The notes beneath the pieces are model-generated. The model ran no database searches and was not told the origin of the DNA. It saw nothing but the letters and a program-made list of their open reading frames with translations. 64,000 nt of DNA, taken from the NCBI GenBank assembly GCA_963997925.1, contig CAXEOX010000003.1:3623-67622 (forward strand), given 5' to 3'. Both the position numbers and the translations under genes were made by a program. The DNA is from an uncultured bacterium. GTDB lineage: Bacteria > Chloroflexota > Dehalococcoidia > Lucifugimonadales > UBA3495. Below, in pieces: positions 54,417 through 62,757 of this stretch (the stretch's first letter is position 1; the number at the start of each line of letters is the position of its first letter).

Positions 54417-55760
54417 TTAGCTAACTCTTATTCTAGCAGGTACTCCCACCGCGAGTCTACCCGCCGGAACGTCTTTGGTCACAACGGACCCTGCGCCGGT
54501 AGTCGCGCCAGTGCCAACGGTCACCGGAGCCACCAACATGGTGTCGCAGCCGATGAACGCCTTTTCGCCTATGTTTGTCCGATGCTTGTCCTTGCCGTCA
54601 TAGTTGCAAGTGACCATACCGGCTCCCAAGTTAGCTTCCGCGCCAATCGAGGCGTCCCCAACGTAGCCGAAGTGTCCCATGACAGACCCGGCGGCAAAGC
54701 GGCTCTCCTTCACCTCAACAAAGTTACCGAGGTGAACTCCGGATTCCAGGTAAGCTCCGGGACGGAGGTGGCTGAACGGCCCGATGTTCGCCCCGTCTTC
54801 CATCGTCGCTTCTTCCAATACCGACGCGGTGGCCCGGCAACCGCGGCCTATCGTAGAATCGCGGATCACCGAGTTGGGGCCAATCTCACAGTCTTCTCCG
54901 ATAACCGAAGACCCTACTATAGATGTATTGGGTAGAATGACGGTGTCTTGACCGATGGACGCTCCAGCATCGATGTACACCGACGCAGGGTGCGGCATCG
55001 TCACCCCGGAGAGCATCCACTGTTCCCGTATCCGCTGGCGAAGAATCTCCTCTACTTGAGAGAGTTGAAGGCGATCGTTCACTCCCATGAGTTCTGCGGG
55101 GTCCTCGGTCAGGTTCGCTTCAACGGCTCCATCGCGGGAAGAACCTATCTCAACCAGGGACGTGATGTATTTCTCCCCGTTGGCCGCCGTTGGAATATCA
55201 CCTAAATTTTCCCAGAGCCATCCGTCCCGGAAGCAGTACACGCTCCCGTTAACTTCGGTAATCTCGTCGGTGAAGCCGGTCTGGTCGGCAGCTTCGACAA
55301 TCTTTACTACCTGTCCCTTCTCGTTCCGCGCCACCCGGCCAAAATCTTTAGCCGACGCGGTTCTGCAGGTTAGGAAGGTCATATCCCGAGACGAATCGGC
55401 GTGAGCAGCCATCAGTGGCTTAACCGACTCCAGCCTGACTAGCGGGGCATCTCCGGTCAACACCAGAACGTTCTCCGCCTGTCCTTGCAAAAGTACTTTG
55501 GCTTTGCTGAGCGCATCGCCGGTACCCTTCACTTCCGTTTGGGTGACGTACTCTACCTGGTTCCCCAGTAGTTCCTGGACGGCCTGGCGATTGCCGGGGG
55601 ACACTACCACCACCACACGGGTGACCCCGGATTCCTTCATGAGATCAACTGGATAGCGAACAAGCTCTTTGCCGCACACCCGGTGTAACACCTTGGTAAG
55701 GCGCGATTTCATCCTTTTACCGTGGCCCGCCGCCAGTACGACTCCCGCCCATTGATCCAT
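54417..55760 (-). CDS. glmU: bifunctional UDP-N-acetylglucosamine diphosphorylase / glucosamine-1-phosphate N-acetyltransferase
   Basis: VVLAAGHGKRMKS and a left-handed beta-helix hexapeptide-repeat C-terminal half. 447 aa. Confidence 0.9.
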   Translation of the reverse strand: MDQWAGVVLAAGHGKRMKSRLTKVLHRVCGKELVRYPVDLMKESGVTRVVVVVSPGNRQAVQELLGNQVEYVTQTEVKGTGDALSKAKVLLQGQAENVLVLTGDAPLVRLESVKPLMAAHADSSRDMTFLTCRTASAKDFGRVARNEKGQVVKIVEAADQTGFTDEITEVNGSVYCFRDGWLWENLGDIPTAANGEKYITSLVEIGSSRDGAVEANLTEDPAELMGVNDRLQLSQVEEILRQRIREQWMLSGVTMPHPASVYIDAGASIGQDTVILPNTSIVGSSVIGEDCEIGPNSVIRDSTIGRGCRATASVLEEATMEDGANIGPFSHLRPGAYLESGVHLGNFVEVKESRFAAGSVMGHFGYVGDASIGAEANLGAGMVTCNYDGKDKHRTNIGEKAFIGCDTMLVAPVTVGTGATTGAGSVVTKDVPAGRLAVGVPARIRVS

Positions 55761-55868
55761 ATTGTCACCTCTTCCGGTACGCTAAGGCTCTACTAGGACA
55801 GATATTCCCACGAATATCGTTGCTTATTTCTCCAACGTATCAACGCCAATTATAGCAGTAACCTCTAT

Positions 55869-55897
55869 TTGACAAGCCTCACTCGCATGGGCACAAT
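55869..55897 (+). promoter_or_regulatory. candidate promoter for the amidase gene
   Basis: TTGACA (55869-74), 17-nt spacer, CACAAT (55892-97), in the divergent glmU/amidase spacer. Confidence 0.35.
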
Positions 55898-55972
55898 AGG
55901 CGTGATTCGACCACCCAACGAGCCTTCTCAGACATCGTTTTTGCCCCAGGCCATCAAAGGAGTTTTACCAGA

Positions 55973-57388
55973 ATGGACTCTAACGAGATTCCTTTTCTAC
56001 CTGCCACCGAATTATCGGTCCTGATTAAGTCCCGCGAGGTTTCGCCGGTTCAGGCCACCCAGGCCTATCTGGACCGCATTGGACAGGTAGATGAAAAACT
56101 GAACTCTTACATCACCGTCTGCCGAGACGAAGCCTTGGCCGAAGCCAGGCAAGCCGAGCAGGAAATCAGCGCAGGTAACTACCGGGGCCCGATGCACGGA
56201 TTGCCGGTGGCGGTTAAGGACCAGTTCTACACCAAAGGCATTCGTACCACCGGTGGATCGAACATCCTCAAGGACTTGGTTCCCGACGAGGACGCCACCG
56301 TGGTAGCCAATCTCAAGGCTGCCGGCTCGGTGATGCTTGGGAAACTGAACATGAGCGAATTCGCCTCTGGAGATGCCTTCCATCATCCTTACGGCACTCC
56401 TCATAATCCCTGGGATATGTCAAGAAACCCGGGGACATCCAGCAGCGGATCCGGGGCCGCCACTGCTGCTTTCCTATGCGCTACTTCTTTAGGAGAGGAT
56501 ACCGGAGGGTCCATCCGCGGCCCGGCCTCCTTTTGCGGTCTAGTTGGCATCCGGCCAAGCTGGGGGCGGGTCAGCCGCTATGGCGTGCTGGGCGCTTCCT
56601 GGTCCATGGATATCGTAGGCCCTATCTCCCGAACCACCGCCGATTGCGCAATAACTCTCGGGGCCATCGCCGGATACGACCCCAAAGACCCGTCAACCTG
56701 GGACGTGCCGGTGCCAGATTATCTGTCCATGCTGACCGGCGACATTCGCGGTCTCAAGGTTGGAGTGATTCAGGAAAGGGTGGATACCGACGCCGTGGAC
56801 CCTGAGGTTCGGGACAGAGTGGTTCAGGGAATATCGGTCTTGGGAGAGCTTGGAGCGGTGATTCAAGAAGTATCGATACCCCTCATCGTTCACTCCGCTG
56901 CCATATCCAACACCATCATTTTGACCGATGCAGCCGGCGTGCACCGGCAAGGCATCGACGAACACCTGGGCGAGTACGACCATAACAACCAGATACGCTT
57001 GCTGACCGGAAGCATCATCCCCGCCCAAGCTCACCAAAAAGCCATTAAGCTACGGCAAGTTTTGCGGCAGCAGATCTTGGAAGCCCTGGAAAAAGTAGAT
57101 GTGCTGGTCATGCCGACCTCGTCCATACCCGCGTCCCTCATACCAACAAAGGCAGGCATAGACAGCAAACAGCAGGTATTGGACGGATTGGCGGGCCGCC
57201 GCAGCTTTACCGCCCCATTCAACCTGGCCAACACTCCGGCCCTGTCCATCAACTGCGGTTTTACCAGCCAGCAACTGCCGGTGGGCCTCCAGATAGCGGG
57301 CAAGCCTTTCGACGAAGGGACCCTGTTTCGGGTGGCCCACGCCTACGAGCAAGCAACCGAATGGCACACCCGCCGTCCGCCGATCTAA
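55973..57388 (+). CDS. amidase-signature (AS) family amidase
   Basis: GLPVAVKDQF (Lys), GTSSSGSGAA, GEDTGGSIRGPASFCG. Confidence 0.85.
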   Translation: MDSNEIPFLPATELSVLIKSREVSPVQATQAYLDRIGQVDEKLNSYITVCRDEALAEARQAEQEISAGNYRGPMHGLPVAVKDQFYTKGIRTTGGSNILKDLVPDEDATVVANLKAAGSVMLGKLNMSEFASGDAFHHPYGTPHNPWDMSRNPGTSSSGSGAATAAFLCATSLGEDTGGSIRGPASFCGLVGIRPSWGRVSRYGVLGASWSMDIVGPISRTTADCAITLGAIAGYDPKDPSTWDVPVPDYLSMLTGDIRGLKVGVIQERVDTDAVDPEVRDRVVQGISVLGELGAVIQEVSIPLIVHSAAISNTIILTDAAGVHRQGIDEHLGEYDHNNQIRLLTGSIIPAQAHQKAIKLRQVLRQQILEALEKVDVLVMPTSSIPASLIPTKAGIDSKQQVLDGLAGRRSFTAPFNLANTPALSINCGFTSQQLPVGLQIAGKPFDEGTLFRVAHAYEQATEWHTRRPPI

Positions 57389-57453
57389 ACTAGGAAATCC
57401 GTATCGACCCTCACGCCTTAGAACGCGCGGAAGAGCGGTAAGCCGGTATCCCC

Positions 57454-57511
57454 GTCATTCCCAGGAGCCAGTTTCCTTGTCATTCCGATGAGCGCAGCGA
57501 AGAGGAATCTC
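57454..57511. repeat. GTCATTCC-type palindromic elements (one partial copy plus copy c) directly upstream of the GIY-YIG gene
   Basis: GTCATTCC at 57454-61 and 57479-86. Copy c is GTCATTCC-N17-GGAATCTC (57479-57511). Confidence 0.55.
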
Positions 57512-57529
57512 TGGACCGGCGGATAACAC

Positions 57530-57829
57530 GTGAGGCACCAGTACTACGTTTATATCATGGCCAGCCGCGGCAAAACCCTATACGTAGGGGTTACAAACAA
57601 TCTTGAACGTAGAGTATATGAGCACAAGTCTGGGCTCATCGCCGGGTTCACAAAAAAGTATAAAGTCACAAAGCTGGTGTACCATGAGGAAACTTCGGAT
57701 GTCGGAGCCGCAATCTCCCGTGAAAAGCAGCTGAAAGCTTGGCGCAGAAGCAAGAAAGTTGCCCTGATAGAGTCGGTTAATCCGCTCTGGGAGGACATGG
57801 CCCTGCGATGGTACGCCCGTTTACCCTAG
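57530..57829 (+). CDS. small GIY-YIG nuclease-family protein
   Basis: YYVYIMASRGKTLYVGVTNNLERRVYEH..REKQLK.WRR.KK, the classic stand-alone GIY-YIG (URI-domain) protein. GTG start. Confidence 0.85.
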   Translation: MRHQYYVYIMASRGKTLYVGVTNNLERRVYEHKSGLIAGFTKKYKVTKLVYHEETSDVGAAISREKQLKAWRRSKKVALIESVNPLWEDMALRWYARLP

Positions 57830-57952
57830 ATCTGAGACCCCTCGCTCCGCTCGGGGTGACAAAAGGAGCGCGGCCATCATGAGCCGCGACTTCGGAGACG
57901 CGGTATCCGGTGACTTGTAACCCGATCAATCTGGAACATAGGGAGAATCGCC

Positions 57953-59311
57953 ATGCCACAACATTTCAATCTTACCGCCGTAGAAGCGGCTAAACAAATC
58001 AAAAGCCGGGACCTGTCGCCAGTGGAACTGGTAGAGTCTCTGCTCAGCCAATATGACTCCCTGGAGCCCAGCCTAAACGCATGGGTATACCTGGACCGGG
58101 AGGCCTTGCTGGCCGACGCTCAGCAGAAGCAGGAGGAACTGGAGAAGGGCGTGAACGTTGGCCCCCTCCACGGCGTACCCATAGGCCTGAAGGACATCTA
58201 CTATACGGCGGGCATCCCCACAACCGCCTGTTCCAAGGTATATGAAGGATTCGTTCCGGAATACGACGCCACCACGGTGACTCTGCTGAAAAACGCCGGG
58301 GCAATCATGATGGGCAAAACGGTGACCACCGAATTCGCCTGCATGGACCCGTCGCCCACCAAGAATCCTTGGAATCCGGCCCACACTCCCGGCGGCTCCA
58401 GCAGCGGATCGGCGGTGGCGGTGGCCACGCGGATGTGCCCCGCTGCCCTGGGATCCCAAACAGTCGGATCGGTTCTGCGACCGGCTTCTTATAACGGAGT
58501 GGTGGGCTTCAAGCCGACCTTCGGTCGAGTCAGCCGCTACGGTGTCATCCCGGTTAGCTGGTCGTTGGACCATGTTGGTTGGATGGCCCGGTCGGTGGAA
58601 GACGCCGCCCTGCTGATGCAAGTGATGGCGGTGGCCGACCCCAACGAGCCGATAACCGTTGGCCTGCCCGCAGACGACTTCATGGCTGGCTTGGCTTCCC
58701 ATTCAGCGCCCCGCATCGGCCTCATCCGCCGCTTCTTCTATGACAACTCCGACGAAGAAACCCGGAAACACACCGATGGCATCGTGGATCAACTCAGCCG
58801 GGCCGGAGCAACGATTGAAGAGATTCCTTTGCCTGACAGCATCGACACCGCTATGGAGGATCAGAGAACCATCATGGCGGTGGAGGGGGCCGCGTTCCAT
58901 CAGCCCATGTACGAGCGCCAGTCCCAGGACTACCAGCCCAAGTTGCGAGAGATGTTACGCCAGGGTCTGGCAACCGACGGTCAGACCTATTCCCGGGCCT
59001 TGGAGCGCCGCCAGCAATTCACCGCCGAGATGCAGGCGCTCGCCGGGAAAGCCGACGTGCTGCTGACACCATCAACGCCGACACCCGCCCTACCCGACAT
59101 CACGAACACCGGCAATACCATGTTCCAGGGTCCGTGGACGTCTTGTGGGCTCCCCGTGATAACAATCCCTTCGGGTTTGGCGGCTTCAGGCCTGCCCTTT
59201 GGCATCCAACTCGCCTCGGCTCCGTTCTCCGAGCCCAAGTTGCTGGCGGCGGCCCGGTGGTGCGAAAACGTGCTTGGAGTGGAGCTATCTCCGCCGATGA
59301 GCCGTAGTTAG
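57953..59311 (+). CDS. amidase-signature (AS) family amidase
   Basis: GVPIGLKDIY, GGSSSGSAVAVA, GSQTVGSVLRPASYNG. Paralog of 62758..64000. Confidence 0.85.
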   Translation: MPQHFNLTAVEAAKQIKSRDLSPVELVESLLSQYDSLEPSLNAWVYLDREALLADAQQKQEELEKGVNVGPLHGVPIGLKDIYYTAGIPTTACSKVYEGFVPEYDATTVTLLKNAGAIMMGKTVTTEFACMDPSPTKNPWNPAHTPGGSSSGSAVAVATRMCPAALGSQTVGSVLRPASYNGVVGFKPTFGRVSRYGVIPVSWSLDHVGWMARSVEDAALLMQVMAVADPNEPITVGLPADDFMAGLASHSAPRIGLIRRFFYDNSDEETRKHTDGIVDQLSRAGATIEEIPLPDSIDTAMEDQRTIMAVEGAAFHQPMYERQSQDYQPKLREMLRQGLATDGQTYSRALERRQQFTAEMQALAGKADVLLTPSTPTPALPDITNTGNTMFQGPWTSCGLPVITIPSGLAASGLPFGIQLASAPFSEPKLLAAARWCENVLGVELSPPMSRS

Positions 59312-59375
59312 CAAAAGCCATCAGCATTCAGATTTCAGCTATCGGCATTCCAAAGAACCAAGGAGACACATCAAC

Positions 59376-60323
59376 ATGCAGGCCAATATACCTACGGAAG
59401 ACGAAGTACTGGGTTATTTCAAATCATTGTCAAATTGGGGCCGTTGGGGGGCCGACGACCAGCTAGGCGCTCTGAACCTGATAACCACCGAGCAAGTTAA
59501 ACGAGCCATATCCTTGGTTCAGGAGGGGGAGCGCATCTCGCTTTCCCGGACGGTCAATTTCGAGGCCAGCATCGACGCACCCAATCCGCCGATCCACTTC
59601 ATGGTGGAAAGCGGAGAAGGATGGGCCAGTGGCGATAAAGTCAGTGCTCGGACGAACCAAGCGGCGACCGACTTCTTCGGCATGATATTTCATGGCTATA
59701 CCATCACCCACGTGGATAGCCTCGCCCACTTTTTCTGGGAAGGCAAAACCTTTAATGGCAAACCGGCCCACATGGTTTCCACCAGCATGGGCGCCACGGT
59801 AGGCTCGGTCGAAGAAGCTAAAAAGGGCATCCTAACCCGGGCGATATTGGTGGATGTTCCGATGATTAGGGGCATAGACTGGATGGAAAGGGGGGAGGGC
59901 GTCATGCCCGAGGACATCCTGGCTGCGGAAGAACGATGCGGTTTTAAGGTGGAGCCAGGGGACGTACTGCTCATACGGACCGGGCAGTTACACCGCCGCA
60001 ACGTTGAAGGCCCGGTGGACCGGTCGCTGGGTTCCACCGCTTGCCAAGCGGCATGCTTGCCCCTGTTCCACGAACGGGACATCGCCATGCTAGGCTCGGA
60101 CACCGGCAACGACGTAGGCCCGGCCCAATACGTCAAATGCGCGATGCCCATACACCAGGTCAGCATCACCGCCATGGGCATCTGGATATTGGACAACGCC
60201 GACCTGGAAGAAGTTGCTCAGGCCTGCCGCGACCGGAACAGGTGGGAGTTCATGATATCGATCGGACCATTGGTCCTGCACAACACCACCGGCTCCCCGG
60301 TTAACCCCATGGCAGTCTTTTAG
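59376..60323 (+). CDS. cyclase-family protein (formamidase-like)
   Basis: HGYTITHVDSLAHF variant of the HxGTHxDxPxH motif. AAGGAG lies before the ATG. Confidence 0.7.
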   Translation: MQANIPTEDEVLGYFKSLSNWGRWGADDQLGALNLITTEQVKRAISLVQEGERISLSRTVNFEASIDAPNPPIHFMVESGEGWASGDKVSARTNQAATDFFGMIFHGYTITHVDSLAHFFWEGKTFNGKPAHMVSTSMGATVGSVEEAKKGILTRAILVDVPMIRGIDWMERGEGVMPEDILAAEERCGFKVEPGDVLLIRTGQLHRRNVEGPVDRSLGSTACQAACLPLFHERDIAMLGSDTGNDVGPAQYVKCAMPIHQVSITAMGIWILDNADLEEVAQACRDRNRWEFMISIGPLVLHNTTGSPVNPMAVF

Positions 60324-60385
60324 AGAGGCATAGACGCAGTTCCAAAGTTGATTTAACCGGCCAGTCCGGTGCCAAAGAATCGAAA

Positions 60386-60421
60386 GTAGGGCCTACCATC
60401 TTGGTGAGGCCCTACTCTTTT
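60386..60421 (+). terminator. rho-independent terminator after the cyclase gene
   Basis: GTAGGGCCT (60386-94) / AGGCCCTAC (60407-15) followed by TCTTTT. Confidence 0.65.
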
Positions 60422-60653
60422 GCGCTCCTCAATCTCCCGGAGATCCGCCAGATCGGCTAGATGATATGTTAGAAAACTCGCTTATGTGCCGAATATGTAT
60501 CAGTAGCTCCATCCGCCACACGGTGGAACGCTGCGGCATTTCGGCGTGAATCGATGGGGGAAGTTGCGCCTCGGGGCTGGGCGGCCCAAGGCGGATCTAG
60601 ACTCCTAGAAACAACACGCCTGGATAGTCGATAAAGGGGAAAGATAAGAAGCG

Positions 60654-61211
60654 GTGAAGCCATTCTTTGGAATCAAGGTGTTAATGGGTGGCGTAATGCT
60701 CTCACCGTTCATTGTTGTACTTATATATTTCCTGATAAAACCCCTGCCCACGGAGATTCCGCCCGACGACCTTCTTTTTGAATCCGGAGTCGAACTTCAT
60801 GAAGGCGGCCTCCTGGATCTGGCCATATCGGAGTACGACAAGGCTATAGAAATCAACAGATATAACCTTCAGGCCCACCAAAAGCGCGGAGATGCCTACT
60901 TTGCGAAGGGCGACCTGGGCCACGCCGTGGTGGATTACAACGAAGCCATCAGCCTGAGGTCTCAGCTAATCAGCGGACTCGGTTCACGGAAAAGGGCCGC
61001 TATGCTTAGCAGCGTCGCGGAAGCCTACATGGGAAAAGCCCTGGTCTATGCCTGGCAAGGAAGGGACTTGGAGGCCCAGAAGATTACGACCTATGCCGTG
61101 GATTTCGGCTACGACCCAGTCTCAGCCAAAGCCGCGATTGAAGGAATGATAAAGAGGCGTGAAAACAACAAGAGCCTGAGCACGATCGGGAATAATCGCC
61201 CTCCCCCTTAA
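60654..61211 (+). CDS. TPR-repeat protein with N-terminal membrane anchor
   Basis: Hydrophobic N-terminus, then TPR-like AISEYDKAIEINRYNLQAHQKRGDAYFAKGDLGHAVVDYNEAI. GTG start uncertain. Confidence 0.55.
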   Translation: MKPFFGIKVLMGGVMLSPFIVVLIYFLIKPLPTEIPPDDLLFESGVELHEGGLLDLAISEYDKAIEINRYNLQAHQKRGDAYFAKGDLGHAVVDYNEAISLRSQLISGLGSRKRAAMLSSVAEAYMGKALVYAWQGRDLEAQKITTYAVDFGYDPVSAKAAIEGMIKRRENNKSLSTIGNNRPPP

Positions 61212-61222
61212 TTCTCATCCAA

Positions 61223-62615
61223 TCAGCGCGCCAACCGTGCCATTCCCCGCATAACCCGTCCCATCGTTCCGGAGAGGATCTGTTCCACCCGTATGTCCGC
61301 TGCCACCTGCATGCTAGCCGTAGCGTAGGTAGGGTAGACATGGATGGAGTTAGCCAGCGCTCCGGTCTTCAAACCTTGATCGATGGCCAGGCTCCATTCC
61401 TGAATCATCTCCCCGGCCCGGGGAGCGGCCATGGTAACGCCCAGAATGGTCCCGTTGCCTTATGAATCAGCTTCACAAATCCGGTGGCGTCTCCGTCAGT
61501 CAGCGCGCGGTCTACCTTCTCCAATGGCCAGTTACACACCAAAACTCCCTGCCCGAACTTGGACCGAGCTTGGGCTTCGGTCAATCCGGTATGAGCCACC
61601 TCCGGATCGGTGAAGGTAGACCACGGCACCAGGTCCAAGACGCCTTTTTCATTCAGGGGCAGGTACGCGTTACGCACTGCCATGAAGCCTTGCCAAGCGG
61701 CGTAGTGGGTGAACTGGTATCCGCCGGCGCAGTCTCCGGCGGCGTAGATGTGCCGCCGATTGGTGCGCATCCGGCTATTTACTTGGATGCCGCTGGGGCT
61801 ATACACCACTCCGGCCTTGTCCAGTTCCAGGTCGTCCAACATGGGGCGGCGGCCCACTGCGACAAGTAGGGCATCTCCCTCTAGTTCTTGTCCATCCATC
61901 CCAACGTGAATCGTATCGCCGTTCTGCCACAATCTATCGACCATGGCATTGAGACGAAGGTCAACTCCGTCATCCATCAAACGCGAGGGGATAAGGTCAC
62001 CGGCTTCCGGTTCGTCCTGGGGCAATATGCGAGGCCCAGCTTCCAACAGAGTTACGTTAGACCCCAACCGGCAGAAAGCCCGAGCCATCTCGCAACCTAT
62101 CGGACCTCCCCCGATAACGATGAAACGCCGGGGCAGTTCCTCAAGGTCCCAGAGAGTCTCATAGGTCAAGAAATCTACGTCATCGATGCCGGAGATAGGA
62201 GGGATAGCGGGCCGTGCACCAGTGGCGATAAGGAAGCGGCGTCCGGTAAGGGTTTCGCCGCCGGTTTCGATGTTGTGATCGTCGAGGAAGCGAGTGGGAC
62301 CCAGGAACACGTCGATCCCCGAAGCCCGCAGCTTTTCGGGAGATTCCGCTCGATAAACCTCCTCAACAGCACTCTTTACCCGCGCATCACCGCTTTGAGG
62401 TCGACTTGCGGCTCCGTCGCATCGATCCCGAAGCGGTGAGCGTTCCGCATATCGTGGGCTATCTTGGCTGCTTTGAGGAGGGACTTGCTGGGGACGCAAC
62501 CGGTCCAGGTGCAGTCACCGCCGACCCGATTCTTCTCGGCCAGGGCCACCTTTAGACCCAGCTGGGCCGCGAATCCGGCGCCAATTATGATTAGATCGTA
62601 TTCTCCGTTGGCCAT
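61223..62615 (-). pseudogene. pyridine-nucleotide-disulfide oxidoreductase (mercuric-reductase/dihydrolipoamide-dehydrogenase-like) broken into three ORFs
   Basis: 62615-62376 carries GGDCTWTGCVPSK. 62499-61405 carries VIGGGPIGCE and AAGDCAGG. 61432-61223 carries the dimerisation motif IHVYPTY. Frame breaks near 62379-62384 and 61451-61453. Confidence 0.75.
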
Positions 62616-62757
62616 TCATCCCTGCCTGGTTTACCGATTGGAGGGCAACACAAGCCCAAACAGGCCACCAAACGATAGGCACAGTAAATAAGATGCTGGT
62701 CGACGGAAAATGGTTCCTGATGTCTGGATGGTTAGGAGCGGTGATTCGGCCGCCCTG

